This document shows positions 40,479-50,326 of a stretch of DNA of 64,000 bases, in pieces; position 1 is the first letter of the stretch, and every line of letters starts with the position of its first letter. A program made the position numbers and the translations under genes. Under the pieces are notes generated by a model. The model worked only from the letters and a program-made list of their open reading frames with translations, searched no databases and was not told the DNA's origin. Source of the DNA: Verrucomicrobiia bacterium (GTDB lineage Bacteria; Verrucomicrobiota; Verrucomicrobiia; Limisphaerales; UBA1319); contig OY760937.1 of NCBI GenBank assembly GCA_963664225.1, positions 5,696,001-5,760,000 of the forward strand, written 5' to 3'.

Positions 40479-42803
40479 ATGAGGTTGATGAAAAATGCGG
40501 CATTTGCGGCCTGGTTGGGAATATTGGCGTGCATGACGATTCATGCAGCGGCAGCGCCTGTATTTATAAATGAAGTGCTCGCCAGCAATGTCACTTATCC
40601 CGATGCCACAGGCAATACGCCCGACTGGGTCGAATTATACAATCCATCGACCAATGATGTGAATTTGGGGGGAATGAGCCTTTCGAACGATCCGATCCGG
40701 CCGCGGATGTGGGTTTTGCCTGAGGGTGCCATTGTGCGCGCAGGACGTTACCTCGTCATTTATTTTGACGGGAGCATGCCCGCGTCCTCACGCAATACAG
40801 GCTTCAGCCTAAGCGCCACGGGGGATGGAGTTTATTTTTACGATGCGAACAGCCAGTTGGTGGATTCTGTTGTCTTTGGAATTCAAATTCCTGATTATTC
40901 CATTGGACGTCTTCAAAATATTTCCAATCCCTGGCAATTGATGAGGCCCACCTTTGAAGCAGCCAACGAATCGGTGCCGATGGGAAGTCGCGCGTTGCTA
41001 CGGGTCAACGAATGGATGGCGGATCCTTCATCCGGGAAAAAGTGGTTCGAGCTTTATAATGGAGACACCATGCCTGTGGAAATGAGCGGGCTTTATCTAT
41101 CGAACAGCCTGAACAAAAATCCGTATAAGTTCAAAATACCGGCCTTGTCGTTTATTGGAACGGGATCGCAAGGTTATCAAAAGTTTCTTTCCGATGACAC
41201 CGCCTCAACCAGTCCTGATCGTGTTAATTTCAAGATTTCAAAATCGGGCGATGACATTGGAATATTCACCGAGTCCGGCGTGGCGATCAATGCGGTGACC
41301 TATGGCGCCCAGATCACGGATGTTTCCGAGGGACGATTGCCTGATGGCGCACCGAATATTGTCAAGTTTTACACCACACCCACTCCGAGCGCGAGCAACT
41401 ACCTGCCTTTGAATAATGTGGTGATCAACGAAATTCTGACGCACACCGATCCGCCGCTGCAGGATTCATTGGAACTGTTCAATACAACAGCAACGGATGT
41501 TCCCATCGGAGGCTGGTTTATCAGTGACAGTCCTTCGAATTTCAAGAAGTTCAAAATACCGGCGGGAACGGTCATCAAAGCGTTTGGTTTCCAGGTTTTC
41601 TACGAAGATCAGTTTACCAACACCGCGAGTCCCTTTAATTTCAATTCTTCGGAGGGGGATTCGGCCATACTTTCCGCCGTTGATTCCGTGGGGAACCTGA
41701 CAGGCTACCGCGCTGAAGTGAATTTCGGAGCGGCATTCAACGGTGTTTCCTTTGGGCGATATGTCAACAGCGCGGGAGCGATCCAATATCCGTCCCAAAA
41801 TGCTGTGACCCTCGGTTCCACAAATGCAGGCCCCCGCATGAGTCCGGTCGTCATCAATGAAGTCATGTTCAATCCACCAGCAGTGTTGAGCACCAACGAT
41901 AATACGCAGGACGAATATGTGGAATTGTTCAACATGACGAGTCAGCCAGCGCCACTTTATAATCCGTTGGAATCAACCAATGCATGGCGTATTCGAGGCG
42001 GTATTACTTATGATTTTCCCACGAATGTCACGATTCCTGCGGGAGGATATTTGCTTTTGGTCAATTTCGATCCCTCGACCAATGCGCCCGTCTTGGCCCT
42101 GTTCCGACAAAATTACGGTGTAAATACCAACATTCAATTATTTGGACCGTATCAGGGTAAACTGGGAAATTCAGGCGACTCCATCAAACTGGAATCACCG
42201 GATGCGGTGCAGGGCATTGGGCATATCAATGAAGGATTTGTGCCCTATGTCACAGTGGATTTGGCGGAATATTCGAGCGTGGGCCCATGGCCGACAGGGG
42301 CCAGCGCCAGTGGATGGTCCATCCAAAAAAAGAATCCTTTCCAATATGGTAATGATCCAACCAATTGGTTTGCCGGGGCGCCAACCGCGGGAAGTCTGAA
42401 TATCGGTGGAGCGGTGGACTTGGACGGTGATGGTCTTCCCAACGATTGGGAATTGGCTTATCAGTTTGATCCCATGAATCCAGCCGATGCCCGGCAGGAC
42501 GCTGACGCTGACGGGGTGTCGAATTTAAACGAGTATCTCTCCGGGACTGATCCGCGAAATAGTGCCAGCGCTTTGCGGCTTTCCGGTGTTGAACACAAAG
42601 CTGACGGTTTGCACATAACATTTGCAGGGATTGCCGGGCGCACCTATACGGTCCAGTTTTGCGATGGCATTATTGGGGGGACCTGGTCGGATCTTCAGAA
42701 GATTGGACCGCTGTCTGCGGCTCAGACGGTGGACATCACCGATCCTCTGGCGCCGCAATCTCAGGGACGTTATTACCGTGTGGTTTGCAGACTGGGGCCA
42801 TAA
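40479..42803 (+). CDS. Secreted lamin-tail-domain repeat protein, paralog of 31939-34311
   Basis: Same four-module layout. Shares SEGRLPDG, INE.L.HTDPPL, GFVPYV, YGNDP.NW, DGDG.P..WE and YYRV. Confidence 0.82.
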   Translation: MRLMKNAAFAAWLGILACMTIHAAAAPVFINEVLASNVTYPDATGNTPDWVELYNPSTNDVNLGGMSLSNDPIRPRMWVLPEGAIVRAGRYLVIYFDGSMPASSRNTGFSLSATGDGVYFYDANSQLVDSVVFGIQIPDYSIGRLQNISNPWQLMRPTFEAANESVPMGSRALLRVNEWMADPSSGKKWFELYNGDTMPVEMSGLYLSNSLNKNPYKFKIPALSFIGTGSQGYQKFLSDDTASTSPDRVNFKISKSGDDIGIFTESGVAINAVTYGAQITDVSEGRLPDGAPNIVKFYTTPTPSASNYLPLNNVVINEILTHTDPPLQDSLELFNTTATDVPIGGWFISDSPSNFKKFKIPAGTVIKAFGFQVFYEDQFTNTASPFNFNSSEGDSAILSAVDSVGNLTGYRAEVNFGAAFNGVSFGRYVNSAGAIQYPSQNAVTLGSTNAGPRMSPVVINEVMFNPPAVLSTNDNTQDEYVELFNMTSQPAPLYNPLESTNAWRIRGGITYDFPTNVTIPAGGYLLLVNFDPSTNAPVLALFRQNYGVNTNIQLFGPYQGKLGNSGDSIKLESPDAVQGIGHINEGFVPYVTVDLAEYSSVGPWPTGASASGWSIQKKNPFQYGNDPTNWFAGAPTAGSLNIGGAVDLDGDGLPNDWELAYQFDPMNPADARQDADADGVSNLNEYLSGTDPRNSASALRLSGVEHKADGLHITFAGIAGRTYTVQFCDGIIGGTWSDLQKIGPLSAAQTVDITDPLAPQSQGRYYRVVCRLGP

Positions 42804-42970
42804 GCATTTGAATTTTTCCATCAGGGAGTAATTAACAAAAGCGCTTTTTCCTGCTCTTGACGTCCAGGAAAAACAGGGCAGATTAAGACCATTCCCAATA
42901 GACTGGTTTGGAAAACGGTCATGTATTTTGTGCCATCTGATGCTGATACCATCGGCAGATAGCTTTGTAA

Positions 42971-44989
42971 ATGATAACCGATGCGATACGACAATGGTTG
43001 CCTGACTGTCTGCGACACGGGCCTTTAAGGCGCGGGAGTGCTTCGGCCACCGCGCATGAGGATTCCGAGTATCACCATTTCTTTGAAGACGCAGACGACA
43101 TCATTTTCACGCTGGATTTGCAGGGTCGCTTCACTTCAATCAACAAGGCGGTGGAGCGCATAACCGGCTATGCCAAAAAGGAGATTCTGTGCCTTGAATT
43201 GGGATCGCTGGTGGCCCCTGAACATGCAGCATTAAACGATGCGTTGTGGCGGAAGCGTCTGGCCGGGGAGAATGTGCCTCCTTTCTGCGTGGAGTTTGCA
43301 TGCAAAAACGGGGACCGCCGGTCTGTTGAAATCAGCCATTGGCTGATTCGCAAGAATGGTTTGCCAACGGCGGTTCACGGCATTGCCCGGGATTTCACAT
43401 ATCGCAAACAGTCGGAAGACGCGCTGAGGAACAGCGAGAAGAGGTTCAAGGATTTGGCGGATCTGCTTCCCCAAACCGTTTACGAATGCGACCTGGAAGG
43501 CCGGTTCACATTCATCAATAAAGCCAGCTTTAAAATGTTCGGCTATTCGCCGGAAGATTTCACTCCGGACCTCAATGTTTTTCAAATGCTCCATCCTGAC
43601 GAATTGGAGCGGGCCAGGACGAATCTGAAACTTCTGTTTGAGGGCAAAGGCAGGGAGGGAAATGAATACACCGCAAAACGGAAGGATGGTTCTTATTTCC
43701 CAGCGCTCATATTTCCATCGCTTATTTACCGCGACAACAAGCCGATTGGATTTCGCGGGCTTCTTATCGATCTGACTGAGCAACGAAATCTTGAAGCCCA
43801 ATTGCGACAATCCCAAAAAATGGAATGCATTGGCCAGCTGGCCGCCGGCGTGGCACATGATTTTAACAACATATTGACCATTGTTCATGGGCATGCCAGC
43901 ACGATGGCCTCCAGGCAAGGTCTGCCTCCATCCATGGCTGAGTCTCTGGGCCAGATTGTTTCCGCAAGCCGCAGGGCAACGGATTTGATCCGTCAACTGC
44001 TGTCGTTCGGCCGCAAGCAGATCATGAAACCTTCGGCTATGGATCTCAATAAGCTGGCCACAGGCTTGGCCAACTTATTGCCGCGGTTGCTTGGAGAACA
44101 TATCGCATTGAAGATCGAGTGCGCGCAACGGCTTCCCATGATCCGCGCAGATATCACAATGATTGAGCAGGTGCTGATGAACCTGGCGGTCAACGCCCGC
44201 GATGCCATGCCCTCAGGAGGCCAACTGTCCATTTCCACTGCGTTGTGCAATTTTGAGACTGATGAGACGCCAGGTCATCCAGAGGCCAGGGCAGGGCGTT
44301 TCGTCCGTTTAACTGTGGCAGACAATGGATGCGGCATGTCCAAGGCCACGTTGGATCGAATCTTCGAGCCGTTTTTTACCACCAAAGAGTCGGGCAAGGG
44401 TTCCGGACTGGGACTGGCAACCGTATATGGAATCGTCAAACAGCATTCTGGCTGGATAGAGGTCAGTAGCGAGATAAACGAAGGAACAACTTTCGACGTG
44501 TATTTGCCCGCTTGCATCATTTCCACTCAATCGGAACCTGCGCGCGAAGGCGACGCTGAATTCCAAATGATCCGCGGAGCTGGTGAATCCATCCTGGTTG
44601 TTGAGGATGAACCGGCCGTTCGGCAGATGGTGATCGGACTTTTGCAATCCTGTGGCTATCATGTTTTCGAGGCGATGGATGGTCCGTCGGCTCTCGATAT
44701 ATGGGAACGCGAACGCGGTCGTTTCGATCTCCTATTCACTGACATGGTGATGCCCGGCGGAATGTCTGGCAGGGATTTGGCCATCCGTCTCAGATCCATT
44801 AACCCGGAATTAAAGGTGGTTTTCACGAGCGGCTTCAGCGAGGAACTGCTGAATTTGCCGCCGGGTTGGTTGGGAACGGATCTCTTCATAGCAAAACCTT
44901 TCCAACCGGTGTCTCTCTCCCAGGTAATTCAAAAAGGCTTGGGAAACAGTCTAAAGACCGCAGTGGTGGCGGCGAATCACCTGAGTTGA
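42971..44989 (+). CDS. Cytoplasmic hybrid sensor kinase (two PAS, HisKA, HATPase, receiver)
   Basis: GVAHDFNNIL, NLAVNARDAM, DNGCGM, FEPFFTTK, GSGLGL, and receiver VVEDE...TDMVMP...KPF. Confidence 0.92.
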   Translation: MITDAIRQWLPDCLRHGPLRRGSASATAHEDSEYHHFFEDADDIIFTLDLQGRFTSINKAVERITGYAKKEILCLELGSLVAPEHAALNDALWRKRLAGENVPPFCVEFACKNGDRRSVEISHWLIRKNGLPTAVHGIARDFTYRKQSEDALRNSEKRFKDLADLLPQTVYECDLEGRFTFINKASFKMFGYSPEDFTPDLNVFQMLHPDELERARTNLKLLFEGKGREGNEYTAKRKDGSYFPALIFPSLIYRDNKPIGFRGLLIDLTEQRNLEAQLRQSQKMECIGQLAAGVAHDFNNILTIVHGHASTMASRQGLPPSMAESLGQIVSASRRATDLIRQLLSFGRKQIMKPSAMDLNKLATGLANLLPRLLGEHIALKIECAQRLPMIRADITMIEQVLMNLAVNARDAMPSGGQLSISTALCNFETDETPGHPEARAGRFVRLTVADNGCGMSKATLDRIFEPFFTTKESGKGSGLGLATVYGIVKQHSGWIEVSSEINEGTTFDVYLPACIISTQSEPAREGDAEFQMIRGAGESILVVEDEPAVRQMVIGLLQSCGYHVFEAMDGPSALDIWERERGRFDLLFTDMVMPGGMSGRDLAIRLRSINPELKVVFTSGFSEELLNLPPGWLGTDLFIAKPFQPVSLSQVIQKGLGNSLKTAVVAANHLS

Positions 44990-45055
44990 CGCATCCGGGC
45001 GCAATTGCTGTTTATATTTACGGTTTCAAATTGTTGGAATATAATCCTCCCTACG

Positions 45056-46744
45056 ATGCCGGGTCCCATGGTCCATGCGGTTTTACGACGCATTCGTCCT
45101 CTAATCAGCGGACGAAATGCGCTGGCCTTGTTTTCCGGCATACTGCTGGCCTGTGCATTTCCGAATATCGGCATTGCCGGATTGGGATGGGTTGCACCCG
45201 GTCTATTGGTTTTGGCGGCATCGGGCGCTTCCCGGCGGGAGTCTTTTGTTTGTGGGTATCTTTCCGGCCTGTGCTTTTTTTTGATTTCCCTGAACTGGCT
45301 GTTGAGCATCCCATTTCCTGCGGGCGCCATCACAGGATGGCTTTTGCTGAGCGCCTTTTTGGCGCTCTATCCCGCATTGTGGATTAGTTTGTGCATTCAG
45401 TGGATGCCAACCGTTCCAGACCAGACTTCCCAACGTGAAAGATTCGGACTGTTTCAAAAGGCCATCCAACTGCAAGACTGGCCCAGAAGGGCCTTGTGGG
45501 CCATACAGTGCGCGGCAGCCTGGACCGCATTGGAATTCCTGCGTGGCTGGTTTCTGAGCGGTTTCCCCTGGAATAATCTATCGGCTTCACAATACCAGAT
45601 CATCCCGCTGATTCAATTGGCCTCAGTCACCGGCACATCAGGGATTTCATTTCTCATGGTTTGGTGCTCTTGCGCCTTTGTCAGCGCAGTCCTTTTGATC
45701 ATTGAAACACCACGGCGGTGGGGGCGGCTGGCGAGCGAACTGGCCGCACCGATGTCGATCTTTGCAGTCGTGTTTTCCATGGGCGTTTCCAAAGTGATGA
45801 CCCCTGAGACACCGGGCCGCGCTTTAAAAATCGCGCTCGTTCAGCCCAGCATTCCGCAAACGCTGATCTGGGATTCTCGTGAGACGACCAACCGTTTTCT
45901 GAAGCTTATAGAGCTTTCCGAATCCGCGATGGCCTCCAAACCGGATTTGTTAATCTGGCCGGAAGCCGCAGTCCCAAATTTGTTGCGATATGACATGGAT
46001 TTGACTTATCCGGCCATAACGAATCTGGTGCGCAAGCACAACATCTGGCTGGTGTTGGGTGCAGACGACGCCGAACGGGATCAGTCCGCCAAATTCAGAG
46101 AGGATTACAATTACTTCAACAGCAGTTTCCTTGTCAGTCCCATGGGCGAGTTACTTGGGCAATATCGCAAACAACATCTGGTCATGTTTGGCGAATATGT
46201 GCCTTTCTCAAAGAAATTTCCGTTCTTAAAGCGTCTGGCACCCATTGGCGATGGCTTTAGACCGGGGGATCATGCGGTGACTTTCTCCATACCTCCATTG
46301 AAGATCAAAACCTCGGTCTTGATCTGTTTTGAGGATATTTTTCCGGGACTGGCCCGAAAGGCGACCGATGACGATATCGATTTTCTTATAAACCTGACCA
46401 ACAACGGATGGTTCGGTGAGGGTTTCGCACAATGGCAACACGCCGCGAGCGCCGTTTTTCGCGCTGTGGAGAACGGACTTCCCCTTGTCCGCTGCGCGAA
46501 TAATGGCCTGACCTGCTGGGTGGACTCGTGTGGGCGCCTCCATGAGGTCTATTTTGACCATTCAGCCGACATCTATAAGGCGGGCGTCAAGATTGTGGAC
46601 CTTCCTTTGCCTCCGCTTGGGATTCAAAGGACTTCCACGTTTTATCATATTCATGGCGAATGGTTTGCGTGGGGTTGCAGTGCGCTGACGTTGACGAGTC
46701 TGGCCCCTTTATTGTTTCAACGAAAAACAGCCTTATCGTTATAA
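45056..46744 (+). CDS. lnt: Apolipoprotein N-acyltransferase
   Basis: Multi-TM N-terminus, GFPW, IWPEAA, YRKQHLVMFGEYVP, LICFED, TNNGWFG and RAVEN. Start uncertain. Confidence 0.92.
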   Translation: MPGPMVHAVLRRIRPLISGRNALALFSGILLACAFPNIGIAGLGWVAPGLLVLAASGASRRESFVCGYLSGLCFFLISLNWLLSIPFPAGAITGWLLLSAFLALYPALWISLCIQWMPTVPDQTSQRERFGLFQKAIQLQDWPRRALWAIQCAAAWTALEFLRGWFLSGFPWNNLSASQYQIIPLIQLASVTGTSGISFLMVWCSCAFVSAVLLIIETPRRWGRLASELAAPMSIFAVVFSMGVSKVMTPETPGRALKIALVQPSIPQTLIWDSRETTNRFLKLIELSESAMASKPDLLIWPEAAVPNLLRYDMDLTYPAITNLVRKHNIWLVLGADDAERDQSAKFREDYNYFNSSFLVSPMGELLGQYRKQHLVMFGEYVPFSKKFPFLKRLAPIGDGFRPGDHAVTFSIPPLKIKTSVLICFEDIFPGLARKATDDDIDFLINLTNNGWFGEGFAQWQHAASAVFRAVENGLPLVRCANNGLTCWVDSCGRLHEVYFDHSADIYKAGVKIVDLPLPPLGIQRTSTFYHIHGEWFAWGCSALTLTSLAPLLFQRKTALSL

Positions 46745-46925
46745 ATTCGTGGAAAATCCAGCAGACTGGACTCTGTTCAACCTGGTGGTTAAAATTGCGG
46801 TTGTTCAATTTTCCCTTTTCTTAAAACCGCATAACGGTATTGTGTAAGTATTGAAGTCGTGTGCATTGGCACACCAATAGGGAGCGCCCATTAGGATGCA
46901 ACCCCGTTAGAAATGGTTAGGATAC

Positions 46926-48716
46926 ATGGATATCGCGCACATTAGAAATTTTTGCATTATTGCTCATATCGATCACGGCAAAACAACTTTGTCGGATCGA
47001 CTCCTTTTCCGCACAGGCACCATCACTGCGCGAGATATGAAGGAGCAATTACTCGATTCGATGGATCTGGAACAGGAACGCGGCATTACCATCAAGTCCC
47101 ATCCGGTCACCATGTCCTACACGGCAAGAAACGGGGAGACGTATGAGCTGAATCTCATCGACACCCCGGGACATGTGGACTTCACCTACGAAGTCTCGCG
47201 CAGCCTTAGTGCGTGTGAAGGGGCATTGCTCATTATCGATGCGGCGCAGGGAGTTGAGGCTCAGACCGTGGCCAATTTGCATTTGGCCATGAAGCGGAAT
47301 CTGGAAATCATACCCGTCATCAATAAAATTGATCTTCCTCACGCCAATGTGGCCCAAACCAAATTACAGTTGGAGGAGATTCTCTCGATACCAGCCGAAA
47401 ACGCGATCCTCGCCAGCGCGAAGGAAGGAATTGGCATCGAAGAGATATTGGAGGCAGTGGTGAATCGCATTCCGCCACCAAAACCCACTAACACGGGCAG
47501 TCTGCAGGCTCTGGGATTTGACTGCTTTTTCGACACTTTCAAGGGAGTGGTCAATTTGGTGCGCATTTTCAATGGAGAATTGAAAGCGGGCATGCATATC
47601 CAGCTTTACCATTCCAGGAAAACGGTTGAGGTCAAAGAAGTGGGCAGCTTCAATCCCAAGCCTTACGTGCGGGAAAAGCTCACCGTCGGCGAAACGGGAT
47701 ATTTTACAGCAAACATCAAGAGCCCGCTGGATGTGAAAATGGGGGATACACTCACAGATCCCCGCAATCCATCGCCACCGCTGGATGGTTTTAAGGAAAT
47801 CCAGCCAATGGTTTATAGCGGTATTTATCCGATTAATACCGCGGATTACGAGCGGCTGAAGACCAGCCTCTCGAAACTGCAGTTGAACGATCCTGCGTTT
47901 GTTTATCAGTCCGAGAGTTCAGTCGCGCTTGGCTTTGGTTTTCGTTGTGGCTTCCTTGGCTTGCTGCATTTGGAAATTGTGCAGGAACGGCTTCGCCGGG
48001 AATACAATATGGACATCATCGCCACTTATCCCAGCGTGGTCTATCGGGTGACCATGACCGGAGGCGATGTCAAAGAGATCGACAATCCGGCATTCATGCC
48101 CGAGCCCAATTATATCGAGAAGATTGAAGAGCCGATGGTCAAAGCATTCGTGATTTGTCCCAACGACAATATCGGCGACATGATGGCGTTAATCTCGGAG
48201 AAACGCGGTATCATCGCCCACACGGAAACATTGGATACGTTGCGTGTAATGCTCACCGCCAGCATTCCATTGAATGAAATCCTGATTGATTTTCATGATC
48301 GCATTAAAAGCATGACCCACGGTTATGGCTCAATGGATTATGAACTGGATGGCTACAAGGAAGATAACCTGGTGAAGTTGGAAATCCTGGTCAACACCGA
48401 GCCTGTCGATGCTTTTTCCTGCATTGTGCATCGTGAAAAAGCAGAGGGCAGGGGACGTGCCCTCTCAGCTAAACTGAAGGATGTCATTCCACAGCAACAG
48501 TTTGTTGTTGCAATTCAGGCGGCCATTGGGGGCAAAATCATCGCGCGGGAAACCGTGCGCGCCTACCGAAAAGACGTTACCGCCAAGTGCTACGGCGGCG
48601 ATGTATCCCGCAAACGCAAATTGCTGGAGAAACAAAAAGAAGGTAAAAAGCGGATGAAAGCCATTGGATCCGTGGATATTCCACAGGAAGCATTTATTGC
48701 GGTCCTTAAGGCATAA
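46926..48716 (+). CDS. lepA: Elongation factor 4
   Basis: IRNFCIIAHIDHGKTTL, GFRCGFLGLLH and KCYGGDVSRKRKLLEKQKEGK. Confidence 0.98.
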   Translation: MDIAHIRNFCIIAHIDHGKTTLSDRLLFRTGTITARDMKEQLLDSMDLEQERGITIKSHPVTMSYTARNGETYELNLIDTPGHVDFTYEVSRSLSACEGALLIIDAAQGVEAQTVANLHLAMKRNLEIIPVINKIDLPHANVAQTKLQLEEILSIPAENAILASAKEGIGIEEILEAVVNRIPPPKPTNTGSLQALGFDCFFDTFKGVVNLVRIFNGELKAGMHIQLYHSRKTVEVKEVGSFNPKPYVREKLTVGETGYFTANIKSPLDVKMGDTLTDPRNPSPPLDGFKEIQPMVYSGIYPINTADYERLKTSLSKLQLNDPAFVYQSESSVALGFGFRCGFLGLLHLEIVQERLRREYNMDIIATYPSVVYRVTMTGGDVKEIDNPAFMPEPNYIEKIEEPMVKAFVICPNDNIGDMMALISEKRGIIAHTETLDTLRVMLTASIPLNEILIDFHDRIKSMTHGYGSMDYELDGYKEDNLVKLEILVNTEPVDAFSCIVHREKAEGRGRALSAKLKDVIPQQQFVVAIQAAIGGKIIARETVRAYRKDVTAKCYGGDVSRKRKLLEKQKEGKKRMKAIGSVDIPQEAFIAVLKA

Positions 48717-48725
48717 GGTATTGAT

Positions 48726-49901
48726 ATGACATTGAGGTGGTTCTTTTCCAAAACGGTTCGCCAAACGTCCGAAATGGTTAACCAGGTGCGCAAACTTTTA
48801 TCCGCACAAATGGATATTCTTTCGCCTCAAGCCATCAAGAACATCACCGGAGCCTTGGATGATACCCGCAACGCCCTGAAATCTGGGGCTGATACGGAGA
48901 CTCTGAAAGCGAAGATGGCCGCTCTGGAGGAGATGGCCAATAAGTGGCTCAAACCGTATCCCAATCCAGCATGGCGCGAGAATGTCGAAGTCATCCTTGT
49001 TGCCGTGGCCATTGCATTGAGCATTCGGACGTTCTTCCTCCAGCCAATGAAGATTCCCACAGGTTCCATGCAACCAACCTTGTATGGAATCACTTACGAG
49101 AACCTTAAGGACGAGAAAGATGCAGTCATCCCCACAGGCGTCAATCGCTGGGTGGACTCCATTTTCAAAGGAACGTCTTATTATCGCTATACCGCCAGTG
49201 AGGACGGAGCATTTCGCCTCCTGGATGAGAATCCAGTCAATGTGTTGCCGTTAATCACAAAACAACGGTTTTCCGTTGGCAGCCAGATGTTTACTGCGTG
49301 GATGCCTGGGGATCAGCTCTTTCGCCGGGCTGGATTGGTCAACGGCCAGACCTTTCAAAAAGGTGAAGACATTCTCAATATGAAGGTCACCAGTGGCGAC
49401 CATCTTTTTGTAAACAGAGTGGTGTATAACTTTCGGCCACCAAAACGGGGTGAAATCGTCATTTTTGAGACGCGAGGAATCGATAATTTGCCTCAGGACA
49501 CCTATTACATTAAACGATTGGTGGCCATCGGAGGCGATCAGGTTCAAATCGGTGATGATCAACATCTTAGGATCAACGGTACGCGTCTGACCGCAGCAAC
49601 GCCGCATTTTGAAAATCTCTATACATTCGGACCGGATTATAAGGAAAATCACTATTTTGGCCACGTGAACCAAAGCGTTGGAAGTAAATTTGCGCGTGCT
49701 GGAACCATGATGGCGCCGAAGTTTCCGGATGGTAATGCGGAATTGACCGTGAGATCCAATCATTGCCTGGTCATGGGTGACAACACCATGAATAGCTACG
49801 ACTCACGCTACTGGGGCGATTTTTCACAAGAAAACATCATCGGTAGATCGAGCTTTGTGTACTGGCCAATCAGCGTTCGATTTGGATGGGGCCAGCAGTA
49901 A
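48726..49901 (+). CDS. lepB: Signal peptidase I
   Basis: IPTGSMQPTL (Ser), YIKRL (Lys) and MGDNTMNSYDSRYWG. Directly follows lepA. Confidence 0.94.
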   Translation: MTLRWFFSKTVRQTSEMVNQVRKLLSAQMDILSPQAIKNITGALDDTRNALKSGADTETLKAKMAALEEMANKWLKPYPNPAWRENVEVILVAVAIALSIRTFFLQPMKIPTGSMQPTLYGITYENLKDEKDAVIPTGVNRWVDSIFKGTSYYRYTASEDGAFRLLDENPVNVLPLITKQRFSVGSQMFTAWMPGDQLFRRAGLVNGQTFQKGEDILNMKVTSGDHLFVNRVVYNFRPPKRGEIVIFETRGIDNLPQDTYYIKRLVAIGGDQVQIGDDQHLRINGTRLTAATPHFENLYTFGPDYKENHYFGHVNQSVGSKFARAGTMMAPKFPDGNAELTVRSNHCLVMGDNTMNSYDSRYWGDFSQENIIGRSSFVYWPISVRFGWGQQ

Positions 49902-49934
49902 AGAGCGTATTCGGAAGCAAACAGCAAACCATGC

Positions 49935-50287
49935 TGCGCATTGATCCATAAATCCGCGCGATTATTGATGTCTGACGTCCAAAAGAGAACAAAAATCCGA
50001 CCGTGATGGCTTTGACATCCTAACTGGCATAAATGCGGAGGCTTCCAGCTTAAAGTGACCCGTTGGCATCACTTTGCAGGGTGTCTCCAAGAGCCAGTAA
50101 ATGGGAAGCCCGCATTGTGCGCGATTCGTGTATGCCTAAATCCAAAGGACTTGACTTTGCGCGGAATTATCAGTAAATTAAATTACGTTGCGCCTTGATC
50201 CATAATTCCGCGCGAATTTTGATGTCTGATGTCCGAAGGTGAACAAGCAGCCGACCGCGATGGATGTAAATGAGAAGCCCCGCATTT
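49935..50287. repeat. Array of direct and inverted repeats at the island boundary
   Basis: 75-bp direct repeat at 49935-50009 and 50189-50263 with 12 mismatches. GCGCGGAATTAT (50159-50170) is inverted against 50202-50213. GAAGCC(C)CGCATT-like motifs near 50105 and 50273, inverted near 50031. Confidence 0.85.
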
Positions 50288-50326
50288 CGCGGGTTAATCA
50301 AAACTTTCAATGCTGGCCTGCCTTCG

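Noticed and set aside
49935..50287. CRISPR array or CRISPR-associated transposon
   Set aside because: Only two long imperfect copies, no repeat-spacer periodicity, and no cas genes in the window.
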